The notes: generated by a model not told the origin, from the letters alone. A DNA stretch of 64,000 nt from Clostridia bacterium (GCA_024403115.1 JAKSSL010000003.1:8031-72030); one strand, 5' to 3'; positions 28,115-38,677 are shown, counted from the stretch's first letter. Program-made: numbers and translations.

Positions 28115-28864
28115 ATGATAAATATCCAATCAAAGGACAATAGAATAATTAAGGAAGTCAAAAAGCTAAAAAACAAGAAATACAGAGACAAAGAAGGCTT
28201 GTATTTAGTGGAAGGACCCAACTTGATTGAAGAGGCTTTGAAGAACGGAGTTCAAATCCAAAGCCTGCTTATCTCACCTAGCTATAAGGACAAGGATTTT
28301 TCATATTTGGATAATTCTTATCTTGTGGAGGATGAGCTTTTCAAGGAGATAAGTGATACGGTTAACAGTCAGGGTATTTTGGCAATAGTAGCCAAGAAAA
28401 ACTTTTCTGGAGAACTAAAGCCAAAGGACAATATTTTAGTTTTAGACAGATTACAGGATCCTGGAAATATGGGAACTATTATTCGTACTGCAGATGCTGC
28501 TGGATATGGATTAATAGTTTCAATTAAGGGAAGCTGTGACATATATTCTGAGAAAGTTGTTAGGTCGGCAGCGGGTTCGCTCTTTAGGATGCCCATAGTG
28601 GAAGGCCTTAGCTACGAGGAACTGGGAGAGCTAGTTAAAGGCAAGCACTTGGTGGTAAGCGATTTACAGGCGAGTGAATTCTACTATGAGGCTAATTTAA
28701 AAGAGGATATAGCATTGGTTATAGGAAACGAGGGAAACGGAATCAGCGATGAGATTCGTCAAATGGCTGATATGAGAGTAAAGCTTCCTATGATCGGCAA
28801 TATTGAATCACTAAACGCAGCTGTTGCTGCAGGAATATTAATGTATGAAAGCATACGCAAATAG
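28115..28864 (+). CDS. TrmH/SpoU-family RNA 2'-O-methyltransferase (YsgA-like)
   Basis: SpoU motifs DP.N.G...R.A.A.G, GNEG.G.S and P..G...SLN...A..I..YE. Precedes pheST, as ysgA does in Bacillus. Confidence 0.85.
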   Translation: MINIQSKDNRIIKEVKKLKNKKYRDKEGLYLVEGPNLIEEALKNGVQIQSLLISPSYKDKDFSYLDNSYLVEDELFKEISDTVNSQGILAIVAKKNFSGELKPKDNILVLDRLQDPGNMGTIIRTADAAGYGLIVSIKGSCDIYSEKVVRSAAGSLFRMPIVEGLSYEELGELVKGKHLVVSDLQASEFYYEANLKEDIALVIGNEGNGISDEIRQMADMRVKLPMIGNIESLNAAVAAGILMYESIRK

Positions 28865-28881
28865 ATTGTAAGGAGATTATA

Positions 28882-29907
28882 ATGCAAAATAAAATAAATG
28901 CTATTTTAGAAGAATCAAAAGCGAAATTAGACGAGATTAAGTCTTTGAAGGACCTAGATGATCTTAGAGTAAAAGTGCTAGGTAAAAAAGGCGATTTAAC
29001 AGCTATATTAAAAAACATGAAGGACTTAGCTCCTGAAGAAAAGAAGGAAGTCGGCATGCTTGTTAACAAGGCAAAGCAGGACGTGGAAGAAATGATTTCC
29101 AGCAAGCTTGCTGAAGTTAAAGCTAAGGCTTTAGAAGAAAAACTAAAGGCAGAGAAATTAGATGTAACTGAACCAGGAACAAAGCACCAATTAGGAGCAA
29201 AGCATCCTCTAACAGTAGTTACTGAAGAAATTACAAAGGTATTCACTTCCATGGGCTTTTCAATAGTTGAAGGTCCTGAAATTGAAACAGTATTTCACAA
29301 TTTCGACGCTTTAAACGCTGGACCTAATCATCCAGCAAGAGATATGACAGATACTTTCTATGTAAATGATCAAGTATTGTTGCGTACTCAAACTTCACCT
29401 GTTCAAGTTAGAACACTGCTTAGTCAAGAACCACCAATCAGGGTTATCTCACCTGGAAGAGTATTTAGATGTGATACTCCTGATGCAACTCATTCACCAG
29501 TTTTCCATCAAATTGAAGGATTGGTAGTTGATGAAGGAATTACTATGGCTGACCTTAAGGGTGTTATGGACAGCTTTGCAAAGAAATTATTCGGTGAAGA
29601 AACTCGTACAAAGTTTAGACCTCATCATTTCCCATTTACAGAGCCATCTGCAGAAATGGACGTTTCATGCTTCAAGTGTGGAGGCAAGGGCTGCAGAGTA
29701 TGTAAGGGAAGCGGCTGGATTGAAATCCTTGGATGCGGTATGGTACATCCAAATGTTCTAAAGGTAGGAGATGTAGATACTGAAAAGTATACAGGCTTTG
29801 CCTTTGGACTTGGTGTAGAACGTGTTGCAATGCTTAAGTACGGCATTGACGACATTAGATTGAATTATGAAAACGACATTCGTTACATCAGACAATTCAA
29901 GAAATAG
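28882..29907 (+). CDS. pheS: Phenylalanine--tRNA ligase alpha subunit
   Basis: Class II motifs (HP.RDM.DTF, FRPHHFPFTEPS, GFAFG.G.ER). Confidence 0.96.
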   Translation: MQNKINAILEESKAKLDEIKSLKDLDDLRVKVLGKKGDLTAILKNMKDLAPEEKKEVGMLVNKAKQDVEEMISSKLAEVKAKALEEKLKAEKLDVTEPGTKHQLGAKHPLTVVTEEITKVFTSMGFSIVEGPEIETVFHNFDALNAGPNHPARDMTDTFYVNDQVLLRTQTSPVQVRTLLSQEPPIRVISPGRVFRCDTPDATHSPVFHQIEGLVVDEGITMADLKGVMDSFAKKLFGEETRTKFRPHHFPFTEPSAEMDVSCFKCGGKGCRVCKGSGWIEILGCGMVHPNVLKVGDVDTEKYTGFAFGLGVERVAMLKYGIDDIRLNYENDIRYIRQFKK

Positions 29908-29938
29908 ATTTTGAGGAATAAACTAAGGAGATAGATAA

Positions 29939-32431
29939 ATGATAGTTTCATTAAACTGGTTAAAAGATTATACAGACGTAAAGGTGAGTGCTGAAGAATT
30001 TTGTGACCGCATGATTATGTCAGGATCAAACCTAGAAACTTTAACATATCAAGGTGTTGATATTGAAAATGTTGTTGTGGCTAGAATTGATAAGATTGAT
30101 AAGCACCCAGATGCAGATAAATTGGTTGTTTGCCAGCTTTATATAGGCGACAAAGAGGCAAACGGCAAGGACGAAGAAACAGGTTTGATTCAAATCGTTA
30201 CTGGAGCTAACAATGTTAAAGTAGGCGATTTAGTGCCTGTTGCTTTACACAATTCAAAGGTTCCAGGTCCTCTTCACGGCCAAGCTAAGGTAGAAGGCGG
30301 AGTTAAGATTACCAAGGGCAAACTTAGAGGTGTGCCATCATTTGGTATGATGTGTGGACCTCAAGAGTTAGGAATTGAAGACAAGTGTGTTCCTGTAGAT
30401 TCAAAGGATGGAATATGGTTGTTAAACGGTGAATTCACTCCAGGAACTCCTTTGGTAGAAGCTCTTGGTTTGGAAGATGCAATCATTGATTTTGAAATCA
30501 CACCAAACAGACCTGACTGCCTATCAATGATCGGTATGGCTAGAGAGGCTGCAGCAACTTTTGGAACAGAGCTTAGATACCCTGAAACAAAGTGCACAAA
30601 GGAAAGCGCTGACAAGCTTGAAGACTATATTTCAGTTGAAGTAAAGTCAGATTTATGCAAGCGTTATACAGCAAGAGTGATTAAGGACGTTAAGATTGGA
30701 CCATCACCTTGGTGGTTGCAAAAGCGCTTAATGGCTGCAGGTCAAAGACCTATTAACAACATTGTGGACATTACTAATTTCGTAATGTTGGAATACGGTC
30801 AACCTCTACATGCTTTTGATATTAGAGAATTAGCAGGAAACAAGATAGTAGTTAAAACTGCCGAAGACGGTGACAAGTTTACAACTTTAGACGAAGTTGA
30901 AAGAACTTTAACTAAGGACATGCTTACAATTTGCGATGGTGAAAAAGCTGTTGCTCTTGCAGGCGTTATGGGCGGTTTAAACTCAGAAATAAAAGAGGAC
31001 ACAGAGATGATGGTTCTTGAGTCAGCTAATTTTGATGCTAACAGCGTAAGACTTACATCAAAGGCTTTAACTTTGAGAACTGAAGCATCTTCAAGATATG
31101 AGAAGGGTATTGATCCTAATCTTTGTGAAGAGGCAGCTGACAGATTCTGCTACTTGGTAGAAAGCCTAGGAGCAGGAACAGTATGCCAAGGAAGCATTGA
31201 TATTTATCCAGAACCTGTAGAGGTGGAAGCAGTACATGCTAGAGTCAGCAGAATCAATCATGTTTTGGGCATGGATTTAAGCCGTGAGGAAATGGTAGAC
31301 TTCCTTGAAAGATTAGAAATGGAAGTTACAGGCTCAGGTGACGACCTATATGTTAAGGCTCCATCAGTAAGACAAGATATTGAAATTGAAGAAGATATTG
31401 TTGAAGAAGTAGCTAGATTATACGGATATGACAATCTTCCAACAACTCTTCCTAAGGGAAATAAGGAAGCGGGAGAACCTGCTGAAAGAACTTTACGCGA
31501 TAAGGCTAGAGATGTGCTTTGCGCAATGGGCTTGGATGAAATAATCACTTATTCCTTTGTAAGCCCTAAGGGAGTTGACAAGGTGAGAATCGATGAGGAT
31601 TCATGGGAAAGAGCTTTTGTAAAGATTCTTAATCCTCTAGGTGAAGATACTTCTGTTATGAGAACAATATTGACTCCAAACATGATGGAAGTTCTTGCTC
31701 ACAACTACAGCCACAATATTAGTGAAATGAAGGCTTATGAAATCGGAAACTGTTTCATGGCAAATTATATGGATCCAAATGGATTGCCAGATGAAGGATA
31801 TAACATCTGCATAGGTTCATATGGAGACGGTATGAACTTCTTTGAACTTAAGGGCATCGTTTGCGAATTGCTTGAAGCTATGGGAATTAAGAACCTACGC
31901 TTTGAGGCAGAGAGCGAATATGGTGTATACCATCCAGGTAGATGCGCTAGAGTTTTGACTAAGCATGTAGTTGAAACTGAAAAGGGCCCAAGAGAGGAAG
32001 AAGTTGAGCTTGGTATTATGGGTGAGGTTCATCCAGAGGTTCAAGGAAACTATGGAATTAAGACTAGAGTATACTTGGCAGAATTAATGTTTGACAACAT
32101 TATGGAGGTTTCAGATACTGAGATTCACTTTATGCCAATTCCAAAATATCCTGCTGTTGAAAGGGATATTGCTTTAGTAGTTGAAGAGGCAATTGAAGCA
32201 GCTCAAATCATTGATACCATCAAGGAAGCAGCAAATGACATCCTTCGCAAGGTTGAAATGTTTGACGTATATAGAGGGGAACAAGTGGGTGAAGGATTGA
32301 AGTCCATAGCTTTCAAATTAACTTACAGAGACAATGACAAGACATTGACTGATGATGAAGTTGTAAGTGTTCACAATAATATTTTGAAAGCCTTAGAAGA
32401 AAAGCTTGATGCTAAGCTAAGAGAAATGTAA
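29939..32431 (+). CDS. pheT: Phenylalanine--tRNA ligase beta subunit
   Basis: 830 aa. N-terminus SLNWLKDY, tRNA-binding, B3/4 and B5 domains, FDX-ACB C-terminus. Confidence 0.96.
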   Translation: MIVSLNWLKDYTDVKVSAEEFCDRMIMSGSNLETLTYQGVDIENVVVARIDKIDKHPDADKLVVCQLYIGDKEANGKDEETGLIQIVTGANNVKVGDLVPVALHNSKVPGPLHGQAKVEGGVKITKGKLRGVPSFGMMCGPQELGIEDKCVPVDSKDGIWLLNGEFTPGTPLVEALGLEDAIIDFEITPNRPDCLSMIGMAREAAATFGTELRYPETKCTKESADKLEDYISVEVKSDLCKRYTARVIKDVKIGPSPWWLQKRLMAAGQRPINNIVDITNFVMLEYGQPLHAFDIRELAGNKIVVKTAEDGDKFTTLDEVERTLTKDMLTICDGEKAVALAGVMGGLNSEIKEDTEMMVLESANFDANSVRLTSKALTLRTEASSRYEKGIDPNLCEEAADRFCYLVESLGAGTVCQGSIDIYPEPVEVEAVHARVSRINHVLGMDLSREEMVDFLERLEMEVTGSGDDLYVKAPSVRQDIEIEEDIVEEVARLYGYDNLPTTLPKGNKEAGEPAERTLRDKARDVLCAMGLDEIITYSFVSPKGVDKVRIDEDSWERAFVKILNPLGEDTSVMRTILTPNMMEVLAHNYSHNISEMKAYEIGNCFMANYMDPNGLPDEGYNICIGSYGDGMNFFELKGIVCELLEAMGIKNLRFEAESEYGVYHPGRCARVLTKHVVETEKGPREEEVELGIMGEVHPEVQGNYGIKTRVYLAELMFDNIMEVSDTEIHFMPIPKYPAVERDIALVVEEAIEAAQIIDTIKEAANDILRKVEMFDVYRGEQVGEGLKSIAFKLTYRDNDKTLTDDEVVSVHNNILKALEEKLDAKLREM

Positions 32432-32444
32432 TTGGAGAAGTACT

Positions 32445-32759
32445 ATGGCTAATAAAACAATCGTAAAAATTCTTGGTAAAGAATACACTTTAGTTGGTGA
32501 AATGGATCCTGAACAAATTGTTCAAATCGCAGATTACGTTAACAGCAAAATGATTGAAATCCAATCTCAAATGGGTGGATTTGATACAGCAAAGATTGCA
32601 ACTCTTGCAGCTATTAACATTGCTGAAGAGTACTTCGGCTCTCTAGATCAAATCAAAAGAACTCAAAGGGATAAAACCGATGTTGATGCAAACTTTATAG
32701 AACTTCAAATGGAGAATATGAAGCTTAAATCATATATCAAACATCTAGAAAATCAATAG
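32445..32759 (+). CDS. zapA: Cell division protein ZapA
   Basis: 104 aa. Pattern V.I.GKEY.L....D.E.....A.YV, then a coiled-coil tail. Conserved pheT-zapA-mutS2 order. Confidence 0.8.
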   Translation: MANKTIVKILGKEYTLVGEMDPEQIVQIADYVNSKMIEIQSQMGGFDTAKIATLAAINIAEEYFGSLDQIKRTQRDKTDVDANFIELQMENMKLKSYIKHLENQ

Positions 32760-32760
32760 A

Positions 32761-35160
32761 ATGAACGAAAAAGCATTAAAGATTTTAGAATACAATAAAA
32801 TAATTGAGATGCTTGTTTCCTATGCCAGCTGTAATATGGCAAAAGAAAGCCTTGAAAAGCTACAGCCTGGCACTGATTTGGATGAAATAAAGGACTCACT
32901 AAGGTCGACCTCAGAAGGGGTTGGCCTTATTGTGCGTAAAGGTCCACTGCCACTAGGCAATTTGTATGATATACATCAAAGCCTAGGCTTTGCCGCAAAA
33001 GGCGGTAGTTTGAACATGGGACAGCTGATGCATGTGGGGTATAATATGCGGGTTGCTTCCCAAGTGAAGAACTTTTTAAACAATGATGACTTTGATATTG
33101 ATTTCCCAATTATCAAAGCTTACTTGGAAGTAATTGAAGAAATGCCAAAACTGTCTGAAAGAATTGAGAAATCAATTATTTCAGAGGATGAAATGAGCGA
33201 TAATGCTTCAGGAGAATTAAGAAGCATACGCCGTGAGATGGCAAGACAAAACGATGAAATCAAGGCAAAGCTTAATAAGATAATAAGCTCTGGTGATAAG
33301 AAATCGGTATTGAGAGATTCTCTTGTAACAATGAGAGACGGTCGTTATGTAATTCCTGTAAAGCAGGAACAAAGATCTAATTTCCCAGGAATAATACATG
33401 ATCAATCATCCAGTGGTGCAACTCTGTTTATTGAACCACAGGTCATAGTTGATTTAAATAACAGACTTAGGGAATTGGAGCTGGAAGAACAGGCGGAAAT
33501 TGCTAGAATCCTAAAGGAGCTTTCAGAGAGAGTTGCTGAATATCATAAGCAGCTTGACAATAATCAAAAGCTTTTGACAGAGCTTGATATTATTATGGCA
33601 AAAGCTAAGCTTTCCCTGGCAATGGACGGAGAAGAAGCTGAAATTTATGAGGATGGAGAGCTAGTACTAAATACTGCAAGACATCCTTTGATTGATAAAA
33701 AAACAGTGGTTCCAATAGACATTTCTGTTGGAGGCGATTACAGAACTTTGGTGATTACAGGGCCTAACACAGGTGGTAAGACAGTAAGCTTAAAGACTGT
33801 TGGCCTTCTATGTCTTATGGCTCAAAGCGGACTTCACATTCCGGCAGCTTCAACGAGCAAATTACCAATATTTGAAAAAATCTTTGCTGATATAGGAGAT
33901 GAACAGAGCATAGAACAAAGCTTATCCACTTTCTCATCTCATATGAAAACAATAGTAAAGATTACTAGATATGCCAACGAAAAATCCCTTATTCTAGTTG
34001 ATGAGCTGGGCGCTGGAACAGATCCAACAGAAGGTGCGGCTTTGGCTATTTCAATATTGGAGAACTTCTATGAAAAGGGAGCATATACTTTGGCTACAAC
34101 TCACTATAACGAGCTTAAGAAATATGCTATATCCACAGAGGGAATAGAAAACGCTTCCATGGAGTTTGATGTGGAAAGTCTTAGTCCTACATACAGATTG
34201 ATTGTAGGTCTTGCTGGAAAATCAAATGCTTTTGAGATTTCCAAGAAATTGGGCTTGGATAAGAAGATAATAGAAAACTCAAAGACAAGAATAGAAACAG
34301 GGGACATGGAATTTGAAGATGTCCTTTCCTCAATAGAACAAGACAAACATGAAGCGGAAAAGGCTCTTGCAGAGGCTAATGTAATAAAGGCTGAGATGGA
34401 AAGAATGGAGCAAGAGTTCCTTAAGAAGCAAAAGCGTCTTGAAAGAGATGAAAAGAAGATCTTGGATGAAGCTCGAGATAAGGCAAAGAGTATAATCCAA
34501 GATGCAGAGGAAACTTCCAAAGAGGTAAAGGAAGAACTTAAGAATCTTGCAATGCGTGATTCCTTAGGGGAAAGAACAAAGGGCTTTGATGAAAGCCGTA
34601 AGAAGCTTAAGGAAGCAAAGCAAAAATATAGCGAAGGATTACAAGAGGAAGCTATAGAGGGTGAAGCAGTCAATGAAGATACCCTTCAAATAGGCGACAG
34701 AGTAAGATTAATTGATATGAATCAAATTGGTGAAGTAATAAGCCTTGCTGATTCAAAGGGAAGATTAAGTGTTAAACTTGGTCTGATGAAGGTTAATACT
34801 CAAATTGATAATCTACTTATGGTGGAAAGCGGAGCTAAAGCGAAAGCTTTAAAAGAGGCTAAGAAGCAGGCTTCCAAAGCCACATATGGAAAGCTATACA
34901 AGGACAAGACCATGCATTTTTCAACAAGCATTAATGTGCAAGGAGAGAACTTGGAAGATGCTTTGGCCAAGGTTGACAAGTATTTGGATGATGCTTTTAT
35001 CTCCAATGTCCACGAGGTTACCATTATACATGGACGAGGAGAAGGAATACTTAAGAGTGGCATTCGTGCCATGTTAAAGAAGAACAAACATGTTGCCTCC
35101 TTCAGAGCTGGTGAAATCAGCGAGGGCGGAGACGGAGTTACGGTGGTGAAATTCAAATGA
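32761..35160 (+). CDS. mutS2: Endonuclease MutS2 (MutS-family ATPase with a C-terminal Smr domain)
   Basis: Walker A ITGPNTGGKTV, DELG.GTDP, long coiled coil, Smr domain (IIHGRGEGILK). Confidence 0.94.
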   Translation: MNEKALKILEYNKIIEMLVSYASCNMAKESLEKLQPGTDLDEIKDSLRSTSEGVGLIVRKGPLPLGNLYDIHQSLGFAAKGGSLNMGQLMHVGYNMRVASQVKNFLNNDDFDIDFPIIKAYLEVIEEMPKLSERIEKSIISEDEMSDNASGELRSIRREMARQNDEIKAKLNKIISSGDKKSVLRDSLVTMRDGRYVIPVKQEQRSNFPGIIHDQSSSGATLFIEPQVIVDLNNRLRELELEEQAEIARILKELSERVAEYHKQLDNNQKLLTELDIIMAKAKLSLAMDGEEAEIYEDGELVLNTARHPLIDKKTVVPIDISVGGDYRTLVITGPNTGGKTVSLKTVGLLCLMAQSGLHIPAASTSKLPIFEKIFADIGDEQSIEQSLSTFSSHMKTIVKITRYANEKSLILVDELGAGTDPTEGAALAISILENFYEKGAYTLATTHYNELKKYAISTEGIENASMEFDVESLSPTYRLIVGLAGKSNAFEISKKLGLDKKIIENSKTRIETGDMEFEDVLSSIEQDKHEAEKALAEANVIKAEMERMEQEFLKKQKRLERDEKKILDEARDKAKSIIQDAEETSKEVKEELKNLAMRDSLGERTKGFDESRKKLKEAKQKYSEGLQEEAIEGEAVNEDTLQIGDRVRLIDMNQIGEVISLADSKGRLSVKLGLMKVNTQIDNLLMVESGAKAKALKEAKKQASKATYGKLYKDKTMHFSTSINVQGENLEDALAKVDKYLDDAFISNVHEVTIIHGRGEGILKSGIRAMLKKNKHVASFRAGEISEGGDGVTVVKFK

Positions 35161-35588
35161 TAGTTGTAAGCAAGTGTTTATTTGGATATAACTGTAAATA
35201 CAATGGCGGTAATAATGACAACGATGAGGTCAAGAAATACTGTGAGGGCAAGGATGTAATTCTAGTATGCCCTGAGCAGGCTGGCGATTTGCCAACACCT
35301 AGAGTCCCATCAGAGATTCAGCCTGATGGTCGTGTCTTATCCCGTGATGGTCAAGACCTTAGCGAAGAGTTTTCTCTGGGAGTTCAAAGGGAAATCTCCA
35401 GGGTTTTGGGCGAGAATAAAGCCATTGAAGAGGCAATACTAAAAGCCAACAGCCCATCCTGTGGCGTAGGTCAAGTCTATGACGGGACTTTTACAGGAAA
35501 GCTGGTCCCAGGCAATGGTAAATTCGCTGAAGAGCTTATGAAGTATTGCTCAAAGATATATACTGAAAAGGAGTTAAATAATGATTAA
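35157..35588 (+). CDS. DUF523 family protein (TudS-like putative Fe-S desulfurase)
   Basis: SKCL.G.NC.Y.G.....CPE..G.LPTPR....I pattern typical of DUF523. Overlaps both neighbours. Confidence 0.75.
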   Translation: MIVVSKCLFGYNCKYNGGNNDNDEVKKYCEGKDVILVCPEQAGDLPTPRVPSEIQPDGRVLSRDGQDLSEEFSLGVQREISRVLGENKAIEEAILKANSPSCGVGQVYDGTFTGKLVPGNGKFAEELMKYCSKIYTEKELNND

Positions 35589-37287
35589 CTATAAACAGGA
35601 AATTGCAAAAATTCTAGATGATAAACTAGTTGATCTAAGTTTAGAAGAAATTGAAAATATGTTGGAGATTCCAGCAGATTCAAAGATGGGAGACTTCGCT
35701 TTCCCTTGCTTTAAGCTGGCTAGAACTCTTAGAAAGGCTCCGCCTCTAATTGCAAAGGATATTGTAGCTCAATTGGAGGGCAATGCTTTGTTTGAAAAGG
35801 TTGAAGCTGTTAATGCCTACGTTAATATGTTTATTTCGAAGGAGATGCTTTTAAAGAATACTGTTGAAAGCACTTTTGAAATGGGCGCTGACTTTGGTAA
35901 AAGCCAAATTGGAGAAGGCAAAACTGTAGTAATAGACTACTCATCTCCTAATATTGCTAAGCCTTTCCACATAGGTCATATTAGATCCACAGTAATTGGA
36001 AATGCTTTATACAAAATCTATGATGCTTTGGGCTATGATGTTGTAAGAATCAATCACCTTGGGGATTACGGCACACAATTCGGTAAGATGATCTGCGCAT
36101 ATAGAAAATGGGGCAATAAGGAAGATGTTGAAAGAGAGCCAATTAAGACTTTGCTTTCATACTATACAAAGTTCCATGAAGAGGCTGAAAAAGATCCAAG
36201 CTTAGATGATGAGGCTAGAGATATTTTTGCAGCTCTTGAAAATGGTGCCAAGGAAGAAGTGGCTCTATGGCAATGGTTTAGAGATGAGTCTTTAAAAGAA
36301 TTCAATCGCGTATATGAAATGCTTGATATTAGTTTTGACTCATACAATGGAGAATCATTCTATTCAGACAAGATGCCAGCAGTTATTCAAGAGTTAAGGG
36401 ATAAGGCTTTGCTTGTACCTTCACAAGGCACAGAAATAGTTGAGCTTGAGCAATTCGGTTTAACAGATGCGCCTATAGTAAAAGCAAATGGTTCATCACT
36501 TTACATCACTCGTGATATAGCCGCTGCAATATATAGAAAAAACACTTACGATTTCTACAAGGATATCTATGTAGTTGCATCACAACAAAATCTTCACTTC
36601 CAACAACTTAAGAAGATTATTGAATTGATGGGTTACGATTGGGCAGACAAGATTGAACACGTACCTTTCGGCCTAGTATCTTTGGAAGAGGGAACTATGT
36701 CAACAAGACATGGCAGAGTAGTCTTCTTGGAAGATGTGCTTAATCATGCGGTAGACAAGACTCGTGAAATCATTAAGGACAAGGGTGTTGTAACAGAAAA
36801 CATCGATGAGACAGCTGCAATGGTTGGAATTGGTGCTGTTGTCTTCAACGAGCTTTCAAATAACAGAATAAAGGATTACGTTTTCTCCTATGACAAGGTT
36901 TTGAATTTTGATGGAGAGACAGGCCCATATGTTCAATACACTCACGCAAGAGCTCTTAGCGTTCTAAGAAAAGCTGGAGTTGAAGATATTGACCTTTCAA
37001 AGATTGATTACTCATATCTAAAAGGCGAGGCTGCAACAAATCTTGCTATGGATATATACAAGCTTCCAGAAGTAATAGTTGAGGCCGCTTCAAAGAATGA
37101 GCCATCAGTTGTTACACGCCACGTTGTAGACTTGGCACAAAGCTTTAACAAATTCTATCATGACGAACATATTTTGGTAGAAAATGAAGATGAAAAGCTA
37201 GCAAAACTTGCTTTAGTAAAAGCTGGACAAATTGCCATTAAAAATGGTTTAAATATTCTAGGTGTAAAAGCACCTGAAAAAATGTAG
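35581..37287 (+). CDS. argS: Arginine--tRNA ligase
   Basis: Class I signature SSPNIAKPFHIGHIRS, an MSTR(H)G KMSKS-like motif, and a DALR anticodon-binding C-terminus. Confidence 0.95.
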   Translation: MINYKQEIAKILDDKLVDLSLEEIENMLEIPADSKMGDFAFPCFKLARTLRKAPPLIAKDIVAQLEGNALFEKVEAVNAYVNMFISKEMLLKNTVESTFEMGADFGKSQIGEGKTVVIDYSSPNIAKPFHIGHIRSTVIGNALYKIYDALGYDVVRINHLGDYGTQFGKMICAYRKWGNKEDVEREPIKTLLSYYTKFHEEAEKDPSLDDEARDIFAALENGAKEEVALWQWFRDESLKEFNRVYEMLDISFDSYNGESFYSDKMPAVIQELRDKALLVPSQGTEIVELEQFGLTDAPIVKANGSSLYITRDIAAAIYRKNTYDFYKDIYVVASQQNLHFQQLKKIIELMGYDWADKIEHVPFGLVSLEEGTMSTRHGRVVFLEDVLNHAVDKTREIIKDKGVVTENIDETAAMVGIGAVVFNELSNNRIKDYVFSYDKVLNFDGETGPYVQYTHARALSVLRKAGVEDIDLSKIDYSYLKGEAATNLAMDIYKLPEVIVEAASKNEPSVVTRHVVDLAQSFNKFYHDEHILVENEDEKLAKLALVKAGQIAIKNGLNILGVKAPEKM

Positions 37288-37297
37288 GGGAATAAAT

Positions 37298-38677
37298 ATG
37301 TTGAGATTTTATATAGCCCTTTGGGCTGCGAAGTTATTTTACTTCATTAACAAGTTAATAGGCAGAGCAAGGGACGACAGACCCGGTTTGCTCGCTTTCA
37401 AAATATGCCCTGATTTCCTAGCGAGAATTGGCAAGCCAAAGCTGATGATTACAATCACAGGAACAAATGGTAAGACTACCACTTCGGCTTTGATCAACTC
37501 ATATTTGAAGGAACAAGGCCTAAGAGTTAGCTTTAATGATTGGGGTGCAAATTTACACGCTGGTTACTGCTTGAATTTAATGCGTTGCGTTAATATTTTC
37601 AACAAGGTGACTAAGATGGATGCCAGCGTTCTTGAGGCAGACGAGAAAACTTTGGCTCATACTATGGGTATGATTAAACCTCACTATGTGTTGGTTACAA
37701 ACATTTCAAAGGATTCTCTTCGCAGAAACGGCCATCCTGAATACATCTTCGACTGTGTAGAAAAATGCTTTGAAAAGCTGGGAGCAGACACTACAGCTAT
37801 TCTAAATGCCAACGATCCTATTTCTTCAGAGCTTGCAAGAAATACAGGTGCAAAGAGAGTCTTCTATGGCATGGACGACATAGGCTCCAATCCTTTTGAA
37901 AACATGGTCAAAGATATAGCTGTTTGCCCTAGATGCGGCGGAGAGCTTAAATACAATTACAGACAATATAGACATATAGGTGATTATTATTGCGCAGACT
38001 GTGATTTTAAGACCAAAGATGCAAAGTTCTATGCTACAAAAGTGGATTTAAAAGCTAGAACTATGGACATATTAGAAGACGGCGAGACTACTACTTATCC
38101 ACTTATTTCTGAAACTATTTTCAACGCTTTTAATGTATTATCAGCGGCAGCCGCTTTAAGAACTATGGGTTATGAGAAGGCTTCTCTGGCTGAGTTCTTT
38201 GAAAGACAAAAGGTAACAGAAATAAGAGAAACATGTGTAAAATACAAGGGCAAGGAGTTCCACACTTATGGAGCTAAGAGCCAAAATGTTTCGGCGGCAA
38301 GTACAGTATTTGAATATATGGCTAAGGAAAAGTCAGATAAAATCGTGGTACTTTGTATGGATGAAGTTCAAGACAAAAACCATCCAACAGAGACTTTAAC
38401 ATGGCTTTATGAAACTGATTTCGAATTCCTGAACAGCCCTAATATTAAACAAATTGTCGTTGCAGGTCACATGTACTTAAACCACAGGCTTCGCTTAATG
38501 CTTGCAGGAGTTGATCCAAATAAGATTGCGGCTTGTGAAGATGAGAGCAAGGTGGCTGACTTAGTTGATTTCAGCCAAGATTTCGAAAAGCTGTATGTTT
38601 TATTCGAGATCGACTATGTTACTAAGGGAAGAAACTGGCGTGATGCCATTGTTGAAAAAGCAAAGGAGGTAATGTAA
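37298..38677 (+). CDS. MurT-like Mur-ligase-family protein, paralog 1 (central ligase domain + Cys4 zinc ribbon + DUF1727-type C-terminus)
   Basis: P-loop GTNGKTTTS, LEADEKT, ILNANDP, zinc ribbon CPRCGG..(17)..CADC. No MurC-F N-terminal UDP-binding domain. The N-terminal helix resembles staphylococcal MurT. Followed by a GatD-like gene with a TAATG overlap. Confidence 0.8.
   Translation: MLRFYIALWAAKLFYFINKLIGRARDDRPGLLAFKICPDFLARIGKPKLMITITGTNGKTTTSALINSYLKEQGLRVSFNDWGANLHAGYCLNLMRCVNIFNKVTKMDASVLEADEKTLAHTMGMIKPHYVLVTNISKDSLRRNGHPEYIFDCVEKCFEKLGADTTAILNANDPISSELARNTGAKRVFYGMDDIGSNPFENMVKDIAVCPRCGGELKYNYRQYRHIGDYYCADCDFKTKDAKFYATKVDLKARTMDILEDGETTTYPLISETIFNAFNVLSAAAALRTMGYEKASLAEFFERQKVTEIRETCVKYKGKEFHTYGAKSQNVSAASTVFEYMAKEKSDKIVVLCMDEVQDKNHPTETLTWLYETDFEFLNSPNIKQIVVAGHMYLNHRLRLMLAGVDPNKIAACEDESKVADLVDFSQDFEKLYVLFEIDYVTKGRNWRDAIVEKAKEVM

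Noticed and set aside
34104-34673. A 189-aa Ser/Phe/Leu-rich ORF antisense to mutS2. Similar antisense ORFs occur at 28788-29252, 59603-60055, 60056-60472, 52374-52808 and 14491-14856.
   Set aside because: These are mirror images of Lys/Glu-rich coding sequence in AT-rich DNA. All are nested in strong sense-strand genes, and none has recognisable motifs.
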